Source of the DNA: Giardia intestinalis
Taxonomy: Eukaryota
Direction: 5' to 3' (one strand)
Length of the DNA: 64,000 nucleotides
Assembly: GCA_000002435.2 (NCBI GenBank)
Contig: CM018792.1
Made by a program: the position numbers and the translations under genes. The notes beneath the pieces were generated by a model, which saw nothing but the letters and a program-made list of their open reading frames with translations, ran no database searches and was not told where the DNA came from. Below are positions 49,940 through 60,863 of the stretch, piece by piece (position 1 is the stretch's first letter; the number at the start of each line of letters is the position of its first letter).

Positions 49940-49957
49940 TTATTTTAAACAAAAACA
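49940..49957. promoter_or_regulatory. 18-bp AT-rich bidirectional promoter/initiator region between divergent AP-sigma and methyltransferase genes
   Basis: 'tattttaaacaaaaacat' is the only sequence between the ATG at 49939 (minus strand) and the ATG at 49958 (plus strand). AT-rich initiator elements adjacent to start codons are typical of Giardia. Confidence 0.3.
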
Positions 49958-52024
49958 TTGTTTATGAGCAAGGGATCTGAGAAGGGTGACACGCCAGCGA
50001 TAGCCATTGCTAAAATGCGTGAAGAAAGCTGTGATCCGACACTATTTGGAGTTTATGACGGGTATAGGGATATCATAGTGATCAAGTATGATCCAGAGAG
50101 TGAGACTCTCGTTAACTTCACAATAGATGAGCTACGCACCATTAGAATGCCTCAGTACAGAAGTATCCTTCTCAGGTATGAAAACATACCCATCACTAAT
50201 GTCCACTTTGGAACTGTGGTACGAAAATGCAGTGACCTATCTCTTGATGACTTGACGGCCTCTCCTGTTACTCCAGAGCTCTGCACGAAAATATTCATTG
50301 ATCCAGAAACTAAAGCCCTTCCACCAATTCTAATTTATATCCCAACATGGGCTACGCAATCAGACACACCCGACTCTTCTAGTTCACTTCCGATTAATGC
50401 CCACATTATTTCTGCATTGTTAGAGAACTCTCCAATTGTCGCTATCTGCAAATCGTTTACTAATATAGAACAGTTTAACATTCAAACCAATTTCAAGAAA
50501 TCTGTTCCGCAGATCTCTGATACACCTGGAGCAAGGCCAGATCCTGCCTCTGGAGAACAGATCTATAAGCTGATGAATTATCAATCACATGTTGGATACT
50601 TTGCTACATGGATAGTGGAGCGTTGCCCTGCAGTTAAAAAGCACCGCTTAACAGAAAAGGCGGCCGAGGTAAAAGATCTTTTGAATAAGATATATAAGAA
50701 ATGGAACACAAAGCAGCTAGCCTTAAACACCAGAAAATACGATGACTACGTCTATGATGAACTTTACAAGCTCCTCTGGACAAGCAGGAAGCGCCCTCAA
50801 CCTTTAAAGATAGCTGCCCCTAACTTGGCACACCGTCAACTTCGGCGTGTAGTTGAGATAGTATCTGCGGTGGAGGAAGCCGCTGGAAGCACCAATCTAC
50901 GAGGCATTACTGAAGCAAACTTACGAGACAATCTTTATCAGTTTTCCTTTAGGCCGTCGTCCATACTAGATATTGGGTGTGCAGATGGCTATATACTAGA
51001 GGCGTTGGGGAAGGCATATGGTTTGAAGAAAGAACAAATTGTTGGGATGGACATAAGACCCCCGCAGTCACAGGAGATTGTATTTAATGAGCGCAGTGCT
51101 TTGGACTCCTCTGCATTTGAACCAGAGTCGTTTGATCTTATAACTATATCCATGACGCTCCATCATATAGCACGTTGGAAGACAGTCTTACGAAACGCTC
51201 GGTCTTGGATTAAGCCCAATGGCTACGTTTTTGTTCGTGAACATGATGCAACGTCAAACGCCGACAGGCTTCTGCTGGATATTCATGACGGCGCCTTCAA
51301 CGGCTCTATTTGGGAAAACCCTGAGCAAACTTGGGAGAGCTTCGTAGCTTTTGCAAGGAGCTACTTCTTTGGGTATGCGACCCTGTGCTTGAGCGCTGCG
51401 ATTGCTGGCCTCAAGCTATCCTGTGCCCGATGGGATATCGCAGATATGGTTAATTGGAAAACACATGGAATGATCTACACAGCTGTGTTTATAACAACCA
51501 ATGAGCCAGTGATCCCACCCGTCTCTGGCACACCCCAGGAAATCGAGAAGCACGCATTAGCATGTATTGATATCATCTTCAATGTGCTTGATCCCATTAC
51601 ACATCCTGATGCACTCAAGCCAGGGACATTCACTGTAATTGCAGAGGAGACATCTTTTATTGCACCTCAGCTGCCCCCACTGATTACTACCATAGCTCCT
51701 AATTTAATATATGTTCCCTTTGAACCTTCATCAGCTTTGTCGGGACAACCCTTTATTGTCATTTTGGAGGCATCCACAGCAAAGCACTATGAGGAAGTCT
51801 TCCAAGGCGACACAGACAAACTACCAAAGTATGTTGCCATTTACAGGACCAGAGAGAAGATGGACGCTCATAAGGGCGCATCGCTAGTAATAGAAAAGGT
51901 AATTGGAAGTGCTGGATACAAATTAGTTAGCAACGGACTCACGTGTCACCCAGACTTTGCTGTAGCATGCTTTTCAAGGACCTCTGAAGCTGTATCTGAC
52001 AAGATAAAGGTTCTAAAATATTAG
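49958..52024 (+). CDS. class I SAM-dependent methyltransferase domain protein (688 aa)
   Basis: Motif I 'ILDIGCADGYILEAL', an acidic motif II region 'VGMDIRPP', and 'FDLITISMTLHHI' (post II/III) in the central region. Long N- and C-terminal regions of unknown function. Confidence 0.6.
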   Translation: MFMSKGSEKGDTPAIAIAKMREESCDPTLFGVYDGYRDIIVIKYDPESETLVNFTIDELRTIRMPQYRSILLRYENIPITNVHFGTVVRKCSDLSLDDLTASPVTPELCTKIFIDPETKALPPILIYIPTWATQSDTPDSSSSLPINAHIISALLENSPIVAICKSFTNIEQFNIQTNFKKSVPQISDTPGARPDPASGEQIYKLMNYQSHVGYFATWIVERCPAVKKHRLTEKAAEVKDLLNKIYKKWNTKQLALNTRKYDDYVYDELYKLLWTSRKRPQPLKIAAPNLAHRQLRRVVEIVSAVEEAAGSTNLRGITEANLRDNLYQFSFRPSSILDIGCADGYILEALGKAYGLKKEQIVGMDIRPPQSQEIVFNERSALDSSAFEPESFDLITISMTLHHIARWKTVLRNARSWIKPNGYVFVREHDATSNADRLLLDIHDGAFNGSIWENPEQTWESFVAFARSYFFGYATLCLSAAIAGLKLSCARWDIADMVNWKTHGMIYTAVFITTNEPVIPPVSGTPQEIEKHALACIDIIFNVLDPITHPDALKPGTFTVIAEETSFIAPQLPPLITTIAPNLIYVPFEPSSALSGQPFIVILEASTAKHYEEVFQGDTDKLPKYVAIYRTREKMDAHKGASLVIEKVIGSAGYKLVSNGLTCHPDFAVACFSRTSEAVSDKIKVLKY

Positions 52025-52101
52025 CTTTGCATAACTCTTTGTATTTTGCCTGCTGAGCAGCGTGTGAAAAAGAGGTGGGGACAAGAGTAAACCGTCGCTA
52101 C

Positions 52102-52452
52102 TTAGTTTTCTTTCCGTCTACAATCACGATGCTTGCGTATCTTTTCTACACTGCGGCCAACCCATCTACCAAGAAAGGGCTCTGACATCTGGAGTTGTTG
52201 AAAAGCTTTGGCTTGAAGGTCAGCGAAGTAGGCCTCATCCAAATCCCCAAGTCCTCGTTGTCGTCTCCTGCTATTAGCAACGTCCCGCGGCTGCAGCTTT
52301 TCGCCAACCTCTTGCTCAGAGGTTATAGGCACAACCGTAGGCCCATACTCTATTCGGAGATACACGAGCCAAAGCATCATTAGTAGGACTACCACCAGCC
52401 ACACGAGATAGTTGACAGGCCCAGGTACAGGAGGGAAGAGGAGGTTTGCCAT
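52102..52452 (-). CDS. small hypothetical single-pass membrane protein (116 aa)
   Basis: N-terminal hydrophobic helix (LVWLVVVLLMMLWLVYL) and a basic C-terminus. It fits between neighbouring genes. Confidence 0.35.
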   Translation of the reverse strand: MANLLFPPVPGPVNYLVWLVVVLLMMLWLVYLRIEYGPTVVPITSEQEVGEKLQPRDVANSRRRQRGLGDLDEAYFADLQAKAFQQLQMSEPFLGRWVGRSVEKIRKHRDCRRKEN

Positions 52453-52469
52453 AGAAACACTTTATCAAT

Positions 52470-53318
52470 TTACGCATTTATCGGAACGGGAAGACCTCTC
52501 GGGACCCACTTCAGCTTTAGTGTTCGTAGAGGCTCCATCTTCGGAAGTACCATCTTGATTGTTTTACGCTTACGCTTAGGGGGAAGGAGATTCTGCAAGT
52601 TTCGATCAGTGGCCATGTCCTCCTTCTTCTCCTCCCCAGCCTCTTCGTCAGCCTCTTCTTCAATGGACTTTTCTGGGTCCTCTATTTGCTCTTCTTCCGC
52701 CTCTTCCTTTTCCTCTGCCTCTTCATCGATGCCCTCGTCGTCGACCTCTTTGGGTGGAGGGTTTATCTCAATGTACGAGCCATCCTGCTTCCATCCATTC
52801 ACTATCCACGCTCCCTTACCAAAAGGTTGGTTCAGGCGAAACTCACCTTCATACTTAGATCCGTCCCGCAGAATCATCTCGCCGAAGACTATCCGCCCGT
52901 ATTCAAACTGACCCTTAACTTTGACATCGCATGATTTATAATAATACTCACCCTTTCCGTGTGGGAGACCATTGTGGAATTCCCCTGAATAATAATCCAA
53001 GTTTGGATAGGTGATCTTTCCATTTCCTTCACGCTTGCTGTCTACCCAATTGCCTTCATAGACGGTTCCGTTGGTGTAGTTCATTGTCCCATACCCATTT
53101 CTGGCACCATTCTTGTATTCACCTTTATACTTTACGCCTAGATACGCCCAGCGGTATGTTCCATTGCCATTGCGGAGGCCATTCTCATAATCGCCTACGT
53201 AGACATCTTTGTTTGGGAATACACACCTTCCTCGGCCATGACGCTCACCCAACTCGTTCCGAGGGCCTGTATATGTCCCTATATTCAAGATGGGCTGCTC
53301 AGATTCGTCGTCGGACAT
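52470..53318 (-). CDS. MORN-repeat protein with acidic C-terminal tail
   Basis: Six or more MORN units (Y.GD/E..G...G.G...) across the N-terminal ~180 aa. A Glu/Asp-rich region and then a basic C-terminal tail follow. Confidence 0.8.
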   Translation of the reverse strand: MSDDESEQPILNIGTYTGPRNELGERHGRGRCVFPNKDVYVGDYENGLRNGNGTYRWAYLGVKYKGEYKNGARNGYGTMNYTNGTVYEGNWVDSKREGNGKITYPNLDYYSGEFHNGLPHGKGEYYYKSCDVKVKGQFEYGRIVFGEMILRDGSKYEGEFRLNQPFGKGAWIVNGWKQDGSYIEINPPPKEVDDEGIDEEAEEKEEAEEEQIEDPEKSIEEEADEEAGEEKKEDMATDRNLQNLLPPKRKRKTIKMVLPKMEPLRTLKLKWVPRGLPVPINA

Positions 53319-53391
53319 TTTTAGAAATTCAAGTTATCAATTTTTAACTAAATCGGAGTGCTGTAGGGTAATGAGGGGCGGATCGCCTTCC

Positions 53392-55296
53392 TTAACACGT
53401 GAGATCCTTGAGTATACCAAAAAGCACATCTGTACATTGCTGGCATACGGGATAAAGCTTATAGATAAAGTAGTCTTCGTCTAGTCGCTTCAAGAACGCT
53501 TGGGCGTCAAATTCAGGTATGCCGCAGCGCCGAAGGAGATGTACAGGAACGCATGATGAAATTGTTATACTTGTCATGACAAAGAAGTTTTGCAATTTGT
53601 CGAAGGATAGAAGCACGTCATCGCGGGTCTTATGTACACTGAAAAATAAATCTATTAAGCGATCTTTGTTTGCCATCAGGTCCATACTGATTTGACTACC
53701 TGGTAAGGATGCCGGCTCAATGGATGATTTTGATAATAACGTGCTTATCGTTATAAGAAGAGCGTCTCGGTATTTAAAAACGGTCTTATCATTAGTTAGA
53801 ATGTAATGTAATAGACGATACAGATTGGCAATTGACGTTTCAGAATATAATGCAGAGAATACTTGGTACTTATTGGATATATGTGCAAACGGCTCACTAA
53901 GCAGGACCTTGAACGGGAGGCGATGGGCACATCGTGGAGCCTGACAGCGCACACATGGTCTGTTAATCGCGATCTCAGGAACGTGCAGAGAGACTTCCTC
54001 TGCATGCTCTAGAGTTTTTGCAAAAGAACAAGCCACTTCCGATATGAACTTGTATGCTTTGCTCTGCATCCTGGTCCCAATATCTTTGTTAATACACTTC
54101 AATATGTGCCGTACAGCATCTGTGCGTTGCAGATTGACACGCGCTTCGCCATCCTGCACCTCATATCCCAAATTAGAGACCCTTTCGTAGACGTCACGAT
54201 ATTCTGCAGGCGTTTGTTGAGCAATCAGCGGATTGGTGATTGCAATATAAACCTTTTTCAATAGATCATAATGTAGAATAAGTGGAGGCCGGAACTCTCG
54301 CCTCACCCTTTGCTGCCATTGTAGATAAAGATCTGCATCAATATTCTTACCGCCTATAACTATCTCTTCGCCTAATACCAACGAAAGCTCTGTAGTTCCC
54401 CTGTGAGAAGTAAAAGGGTGCAAGTATACTACCAGTCTATCAACTGTCTTCTTTTGCTTTTGTGCAGAAATGTGTATTGCCAAATGAGTGAGGACAGTAT
54501 TTATCTTATATAGGAGAGACACGGGGACAGTCACCATTTGGAAGGCACCACTCATAAAGAATGTGCAGCAACGTACATCTGGAGAGTACCGATACCCATC
54601 GAAATTTGCTTTGCTTTTGCGAGCCTCTACGCAGCTACTCTCTGGGCTCCAAAGTACTCGAATCAAGGAGTAGCTCTGTTCTGTAGTCCCATAGTCTCTG
54701 TTTCCACGTCGCTTCTGTGCTTCTGTTTCATTGGGCTTTGTGATAAGCGAAGAGGTTGGTCGTGGCAGATTTTGGCAATCTCTTTGTTGAGACTTATCAG
54801 CTAAGTTACTAATCTGTGATTCCTTGAAAGATTCGCGAGAAGGACAGCTGACTGCGGAGCTTATTTGTCGACGCGAATGTCTCCGTCCGAAAGGCCAAGA
54901 CCGAGTCAGGCTCTGAATTATACCCGTAAAGTAGTAATTCTTCAAGTCCAGGAGAAGAACCTCAAGCTGTGCTGGTGCAAGATAGCGTACAGTATAGTGT
55001 ACATCTAAACTGGGACTCAGGTCTATATATGCCACTAGTGCGCACACGGCCTCTGGATGCACTCCAGATGCAAATGCGTTCAGAATGTTCTTATTTGTTA
55101 TATTAGCCTTATTTTTTCGTAGGATTGTTCCGTCCTCAGAAGACGTAAAGTACCAATTCTTGATGATTGAATCTTCAACTAAAAGCGTATCTGGCAAGAA
55201 TAAAGACGTCAGGCCATATTCTGTACTGTCATCGCTTTCTTCGGGGATTTTTTGCCACATGAGGTCATAGAGTTGGTGAGATATGAGAGGATGCAT
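53392..55296 (-). CDS. hypothetical protein (634 aa)
   Basis: Long uninterrupted ORF. No domain recognised. Confidence 0.55.
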   Translation of the reverse strand: MHPLISHQLYDLMWQKIPEESDDSTEYGLTSLFLPDTLLVEDSIIKNWYFTSSEDGTILRKNKANITNKNILNAFASGVHPEAVCALVAYIDLSPSLDVHYTVRYLAPAQLEVLLLDLKNYYFTGIIQSLTRSWPFGRRHSRRQISSAVSCPSRESFKESQISNLADKSQQRDCQNLPRPTSSLITKPNETEAQKRRGNRDYGTTEQSYSLIRVLWSPESSCVEARKSKANFDGYRYSPDVRCCTFFMSGAFQMVTVPVSLLYKINTVLTHLAIHISAQKQKKTVDRLVVYLHPFTSHRGTTELSLVLGEEIVIGGKNIDADLYLQWQQRVRREFRPPLILHYDLLKKVYIAITNPLIAQQTPAEYRDVYERVSNLGYEVQDGEARVNLQRTDAVRHILKCINKDIGTRMQSKAYKFISEVACSFAKTLEHAEEVSLHVPEIAINRPCVRCQAPRCAHRLPFKVLLSEPFAHISNKYQVFSALYSETSIANLYRLLHYILTNDKTVFKYRDALLITISTLLSKSSIEPASLPGSQISMDLMANKDRLIDLFFSVHKTRDDVLLSFDKLQNFFVMTSITISSCVPVHLLRRCGIPEFDAQAFLKRLDEDYFIYKLYPVCQQCTDVLFGILKDLTC

Positions 55297-55316
55297 CTAT
55301 AAAAATTTAGATTTCA

Positions 55317-58040
55317 ATGTCACAGCGAAAACTTCAACGAACTAGGCCCTTGTTAAAGCCAGCCAACAAAGATCTTGGTCTTGCTGATGTTAACCAACCT
55401 GCACAGCGGGCTGTTAGCTCTAAAACTCGAAGTTCTTCAAATAGCCGCGCGACATCTGCTTTACGAACTGGCCCTCAGCGGGCCTCTACAGCCTCTCACA
55501 GTGCCCCGAAATCCCGAAACTCAATTCAAAGTGCTAGAGGAGCGGCGCAGGAAAAGGATTTTACTAAACCGACAAAGTCTGCCAAAGCGCCAACCAGTAT
55601 AGCGGATCGGCCTGCATTTAATTTAGATCTAGGAGGACCTCCAGCATCAAGTCATAGTCGCACCGGCTTGCGAGCCCCGGCGAAATCGTCAATTAATGTA
55701 CATGCGTACACCACAAAGGAGCGTGCTGAGCTTTTTGCTCGATCACGGGCTACGCAAAGCGTCAAGAAGCCACAAGAAGCATCGGCTCCGTCTCATCATA
55801 AGCAATCTGTGGCTAATGCATACAAAGCGAAGGCACATGTCAATGCTGCTCTTGATGATACTACAACCCTTAGTGACCATAGCTTTATTGGACGGTCGTC
55901 CTCAAATATAAGCCACTCAAATCCGTTCAGGTCGCACTCTGAGCAAGCACGGTCCATGCTATCAGCATCTGATCTTACATCAAGTGTAGGTAGTAGTAGC
56001 AGTGGAACTATACGCTCAACTTCAAAGACTGCTGATATGTCGAGGCAAAACAAAGATATTAGGGCAGCTATAAATGCTGTTACCGATGTCACATACAAAA
56101 GTGGCATCGATTTGGCCACATTTGATGATAAATCCTTTGACAACTACTCAACTGCTCGGAAACTCAAGAGCGCAAAGACAAAGGAAGAACAGCAAAAGAT
56201 CCGACAGCATCAGATCTCAGAGCTCATTGGAGATATGGCGCATTACAAAGCCAGAATAGCTTCTCCTGCAGACATACGTTCTCCGTTTACAAAGTTCGGA
56301 ACAACGAAGCAAACAGCAGCCATAAAAGCAGCCACCGATGCCTTGGAAAAGATTATCAACCCAAAGCGACCAGTATTTGTAGAGCCCCAGCCGCATAAAG
56401 CTTCCAAGTATTCTGAACATCCAAGCAGCTGCGTCGTGGAGACAGAGCAAAAGCAATACCCAATCAAGTGTTCGCTCTGCGGGTTATTTCTAGGCATGGC
56501 TACTGATGCTATTGACCAGGGTCCCACTTACTGTGCACAATGTGCAGAGCAAATGCGTGCTAACCTAAACTCAGAGAAAAAACCGTTACAGTATAAGATG
56601 CTCATTAGTCCAGGAACAATTAATAAGCACAAGACCTCAGTGCCAGCCACAGCAAGTTCGCCAACGGTTGTCGAGACAATGGTAGTCACTCAAAGTAAGA
56701 GTCCTCCTCTTCCAGAGCCTTTAACTAAGACACAAGCTCCCATTTCCCCACCTATATATAGTGTACAAAATGTTCCTAGAAAGTCTGGGGTAAAGCAACC
56801 ACAGATCATCGGAACGTCTGGTGGTGCTCCTCTTATTACATCTGTGGCTAGCGATTTTCAACTAGCTTTTCAACCGCCCGTACCAGAGAAGTGGGAACCA
56901 CTAGACACTGTTCAACACCTCCCTCAGCAAAATTCACGCACTGTTATTCAAGTTGTTGATAAAGAAGATTCTATCGGACGAACCCCAATATATGCTCCAT
57001 TTGATGAGTGTAGCATTGTACCTGCTGTTCCTATTGATGCAGCATCTAAATCCAGGAAAGATGGCAGTGAAAGCGTTGCAATCAATACCAAGCCAATTAC
57101 ACGAAATGTCGGCATATCTCACCTCGAGAAAAATACACAGGCACATAAGCATGCCCTGTCCCCACATCAACGACTGAGTGACGAAGAGATAGAAGATCTT
57201 ATTATTCAGCGTATAGCTGAGTTACACAAGAGCGTCCATCACAGACCATCTTCTGTCTGTACAATGAGTACACCGGACACCTACTCATCCTCCACCACTT
57301 CTTGTTCATCTTCTCAAGAAGAAGAGGACATAAACAATCATGGGGGTAGAAGTCATAGAAGAGCACGGAGACACCAATCTCGGAAACACAAGCATAGACA
57401 TCATAGATATAACAGGGATAAGGACAAGGAGTCCCAGAAGATAGCATATAAAAACGGGGAACAGATAATTCTTGAGAAGGTTAAGTGCCCATGTTGTGAT
57501 GATATTATTGAAATGCGCATACTGAACGATTGTATAGATGGAGTACCGAGTCATAAAGAAAAGCATGTCCATAGAAAAAAGCGATCCCACAGATCCCATC
57601 AGTGTTGTGCTAACGAACAAAACGCAATGAATATGCACGCATGTCTTTCGCTTCTAACAAAGCAGATACATGACGTTCGCTCCAAGAGTGCGGGACGTCT
57701 GGGGCAGCCCATTAGTGAGCCAGCAAACACTGAGTCAACAGAAGATGCACGGAGAAGGGACCGCTTGGCCTTGCTACAGAGGCTTGATGATCGGTTAGCA
57801 AGTATTCAGGCCATGTCTGGTGCATTGTCGCTCGGTGTTCGATGCTCGAGTGTAGGGAATCAACATGTGCATTCTGCATATACTGTACTGGAGCCAGAGC
57901 AGAACTTGACACCGCTGAACGTCGGTGATGAAGGGAATCGCGTTGCTGTTAGTACTGAGAGAACATCGGCTGCCTCCGCATACGGCCTTGATAATCTGTT
58001 TGAGCTACAGATGCCAGAGACGTGCCAGATAGGGTACTAA
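55317..58040 (+). CDS. hypothetical Ser/Thr-rich low-complexity protein (907 aa) with Cys/His clusters
   Basis: Long ORF preceded by the AT-rich initiator 'ctataaaaatttagatttcaATG'. The N-terminus is Ser/Ala/Lys-rich. C..C motifs are present (CSLCG...CAQCAEQM; CPCCDD), as is a His/Arg/Lys-rich stretch. Confidence 0.55.
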   Translation: MSQRKLQRTRPLLKPANKDLGLADVNQPAQRAVSSKTRSSSNSRATSALRTGPQRASTASHSAPKSRNSIQSARGAAQEKDFTKPTKSAKAPTSIADRPAFNLDLGGPPASSHSRTGLRAPAKSSINVHAYTTKERAELFARSRATQSVKKPQEASAPSHHKQSVANAYKAKAHVNAALDDTTTLSDHSFIGRSSSNISHSNPFRSHSEQARSMLSASDLTSSVGSSSSGTIRSTSKTADMSRQNKDIRAAINAVTDVTYKSGIDLATFDDKSFDNYSTARKLKSAKTKEEQQKIRQHQISELIGDMAHYKARIASPADIRSPFTKFGTTKQTAAIKAATDALEKIINPKRPVFVEPQPHKASKYSEHPSSCVVETEQKQYPIKCSLCGLFLGMATDAIDQGPTYCAQCAEQMRANLNSEKKPLQYKMLISPGTINKHKTSVPATASSPTVVETMVVTQSKSPPLPEPLTKTQAPISPPIYSVQNVPRKSGVKQPQIIGTSGGAPLITSVASDFQLAFQPPVPEKWEPLDTVQHLPQQNSRTVIQVVDKEDSIGRTPIYAPFDECSIVPAVPIDAASKSRKDGSESVAINTKPITRNVGISHLEKNTQAHKHALSPHQRLSDEEIEDLIIQRIAELHKSVHHRPSSVCTMSTPDTYSSSTTSCSSSQEEEDINNHGGRSHRRARRHQSRKHKHRHHRYNRDKDKESQKIAYKNGEQIILEKVKCPCCDDIIEMRILNDCIDGVPSHKEKHVHRKKRSHRSHQCCANEQNAMNMHACLSLLTKQIHDVRSKSAGRLGQPISEPANTESTEDARRRDRLALLQRLDDRLASIQAMSGALSLGVRCSSVGNQHVHSAYTVLEPEQNLTPLNVGDEGNRVAVSTERTSAASAYGLDNLFELQMPETCQIGY

Positions 58041-58061
58041 GAGAAATGAAAATAAAATAGA

Positions 58062-58544
58062 ATGTCTGAGGGATCCACGGCGAGTGGCGGGCCTAGCCTT
58101 GGGGTCATGATAGGTCTTGTTGTAGGAGTGATGGTCGTTGCCCAAGTAATTATACAGGGTCTAGTCACCTTACGGATGAAGAAGCTTAAGGTATCGTATG
58201 AAGAGGTCAAGGAAGATTCACAGCTGAGCAATACACTATTAGTGGGTACTAACGCAGCAACGTGTTATCACTGCTACAAGTTAGAAATGAATACATGGAG
58301 CGATGCGAAAGTTAAGGCTGCTCTAGCAGAGCACTCAGTCAAACTTATTAGAGCCAAGCTGGCTTGCGTTAACGCATACTGCGCCAAGAACAATATAAAG
58401 CAAGGAAGGGGAATACCGTTCATTGTCCTTATTGGCAAGGACGGAAAGTGCTTGGGAACTGTGGAAGGCTATCGCGAGCCTCGCGTTATGCTAGGCATCA
58501 TTAAGAAATTCTTCCCTTTATCGGAGGAGACAACTGTAAATTAG
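58062..58544 (+). CDS. small membrane-anchored protein with CxxC motif, possibly thioredoxin-like (160 aa)
   Basis: N-terminal TM helix (LGVMIGLVVGVMVVAQVII), then 'ATCYHC' (CxxC) and 'GIPFIVLIGKDG', reminiscent of a thioredoxin fold. Weak call. Confidence 0.4.
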   Translation: MSEGSTASGGPSLGVMIGLVVGVMVVAQVIIQGLVTLRMKKLKVSYEEVKEDSQLSNTLLVGTNAATCYHCYKLEMNTWSDAKVKAALAEHSVKLIRAKLACVNAYCAKNNIKQGRGIPFIVLIGKDGKCLGTVEGYREPRVMLGIIKKFFPLSEETTVN

Positions 58545-58575
58545 CCTACCCTGTAGCAACTGAACAACCTTTACA

Positions 58576-60108
58576 GTGGGTATGTTCACCTCTGCCCTTA
58601 GTCTAGTCGCCTCGGAGCGTTTGACAAAGAGTACGGTTGAGAGTAGCACACTCCCATGTATTGCCGCTCAAAGTTTGACAACTATAGATATTGCTGTGCT
58701 TAGATTGAGCCCTCTAGATGCAGAAGATGAAGATGTTATGCTCCAATTCGCCCGTTTGGGATATCGCCTATACCTTTCTGGTCTTTTTGTTCACGTGGCA
58801 TCTTCGTGGTCTCTAATTGTTTGGGTCCCTGCTTCTATAGAACAAGACTTTGTAAAGCAACTGAGTGGATACTTTGAAGTCACACCTATTTCGGTACGTC
58901 AGTCTATGCACTGGCTGAAGGGTGCACTAGCTCGCTCTCTCACGTTGCATAATGATCGTATAACTGCTCTAGACTCTGGAGTGCTGTTTGACGATCATGT
59001 TATGAAGCTCGAGCTGAAAGTATCAGAAGAGCTCACTAATGACAAGGAGGTCCGGGTTATAATAGGTTTGCAGCCAAGCCGAGAGAACTGGAGAGCGTGC
59101 TCCCTGACTGATCTAGATTTGGAACTTAGCGATACAGTGTATATTGCACCGTCGCTATCGGGCGTGTCACTCAGCTATATAGAAGAAGAAAGTACGCAGG
59201 ATGAAGACAGTGAGCAGTGGTATTTGGAAGCGTGTCTCCGATGGGGATATAAATTGACTAATAGGCTTCTCAAACTTGCGTTCAGGTCCAGCAATGGAGA
59301 GATGATTGTATCTAGGGTATTCCCGCAAATGATTCTTAAGAAGGAGCAGAACCTATCACCTGAACAGATGCTTCAAAGACATACAGCTGATAGCAAGGCT
59401 GTGGTTCAGCTTCTTGAAGTATGCATAGGGCAATGGAGTCGCTTTTTATTGACCAGCTTGAACACAATAGATGTCAGCAAGTGTCTCCTGTCGAGTAGAC
59501 CTACCAAAATACGCTTCAAATTTGCAAGAGCGGGACCAAGGGAACCAAGCAAGTTACAAGAACAGAGTTCAGAAGCATTGCCAATACCTCATTGTACGGT
59601 ACCCAGAAACAGGTTGCCTAAGATATCATTTTCAGCCTCAAAGGAGAGTTTGCCCGAGCGGTATGAAAGAGTAATAAAGGTAATAACCGGGAAGCCCAGT
59701 CTTAACACCAAAATGAGAGGCTTATTGGATGAGATAAGGCGAGAGTTAGAGTGTGCAAACACTTCCATACCAGAGCCGGTGAAAATGAAGCCGGTGAAGC
59801 CCAATAAGCGACAGGCCTTTTCAAAGTTGGTAGCAAAACTTTCCCCCTCAGATCTGCCCAGAAAAACTCCACAGAGAACTCCTAAGAAACTCAAAACGGT
59901 GACGGGGTCAACTACATCGCCTATTGTAGCCAGTCTCCCAAAGAAATCAGATCGTCGGGTTCGTTTTAATACAACCGTTCTTTTCGTCGACGAGTGGAAC
60001 AAAGTTCACCGCATTAAACTACAACAGCAAGAGGCCGCATCATATCACCAAGAAGATGACTTGCAACAAGATATAGAGTCCGAATTCACTACATCTCTTC
60101 TGTCTTGA
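58576..60108 (+). CDS. hypothetical protein (510 aa)
   Basis: Long ORF with a basic, Lys/Pro-rich C-terminal region. No domain recognised. Confidence 0.5.
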   Translation: MGMFTSALSLVASERLTKSTVESSTLPCIAAQSLTTIDIAVLRLSPLDAEDEDVMLQFARLGYRLYLSGLFVHVASSWSLIVWVPASIEQDFVKQLSGYFEVTPISVRQSMHWLKGALARSLTLHNDRITALDSGVLFDDHVMKLELKVSEELTNDKEVRVIIGLQPSRENWRACSLTDLDLELSDTVYIAPSLSGVSLSYIEEESTQDEDSEQWYLEACLRWGYKLTNRLLKLAFRSSNGEMIVSRVFPQMILKKEQNLSPEQMLQRHTADSKAVVQLLEVCIGQWSRFLLTSLNTIDVSKCLLSSRPTKIRFKFARAGPREPSKLQEQSSEALPIPHCTVPRNRLPKISFSASKESLPERYERVIKVITGKPSLNTKMRGLLDEIRRELECANTSIPEPVKMKPVKPNKRQAFSKLVAKLSPSDLPRKTPQRTPKKLKTVTGSTTSPIVASLPKKSDRRVRFNTTVLFVDEWNKVHRIKLQQQEAASYHQEDDLQQDIESEFTTSLLS

Positions 60109-60149
60109 CTATAGCGCGGTCTACAGACTCGGGCACCCAAACCTGCCAC

Positions 60150-60602
60150 TTAAGGAGTATACTGTGCTGAATATAACAGTATCCACACTAGAGCAAACGC
60201 AGAGAGGCCACCTGCTAGGTTGTAGTATTTCAAAATGTGCGTAGGAACGTTAGCTGCTTTGGTTATTATAGTCGTGGGGTACATGAGCGCCAGAAATGCA
60301 AATATGATAGGGAGGTAGCCACGTATTCGTAGGGAACCAGCTAGGCATCCGACAGCCGTCCCTATCCACAGGCGCGCCCAGAATATTAAGTTTGCAGCCT
60401 CTTTAGCATCGATGGGGTAATATCCATCTCTATCAACATTGTGATTATACATCCTTACCAGGTGAACTATGCTCATGTGCTTTACGTGTTGTTTAACGTT
60501 CTTAGGTGTAAACATGTGGGTCTTTATTTTATGAAGTGTTTGGTTATTGAAACAAAAAGCTAGATCAGAGTACCTGTGCTTATTACACCACGAGACTATC
60601 AT
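60150..60602 (-). CDS. hypothetical multi-pass membrane protein (150 aa)
   Basis: Three hydrophobic helix-like segments in the C-terminal two-thirds. Confidence 0.4.
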   Translation of the reverse strand: MIVSWCNKHRYSDLAFCFNNQTLHKIKTHMFTPKNVKQHVKHMSIVHLVRMYNHNVDRDGYYPIDAKEAANLIFWARLWIGTAVGCLAGSLRIRGYLPIIFAFLALMYPTTIITKAANVPTHILKYYNLAGGLSAFALVWILLYSAQYTP

Positions 60603-60863
60603 TAGATACGCGATTGCTGTTATAAAATATGATGCATCTCAGTTTTCTTTGAGTACATCTTCGAGTTTTAAAAGTATCAATCTTCCTGACTATTCGCCAC
60701 AATAATTTTATAAATAGATCATAGAGTATCTGGTGAGATTAGGGCCATGACCTAGAGATGTCAGCTGCTAGCTTAGCTTGTCCGGTATGTTTATCCACCT
60801 ACTGAGAGAATACTCTAGCATAGGTGTCGTGTAAAGATTGAAGCTTAGATTGCACGCATTATC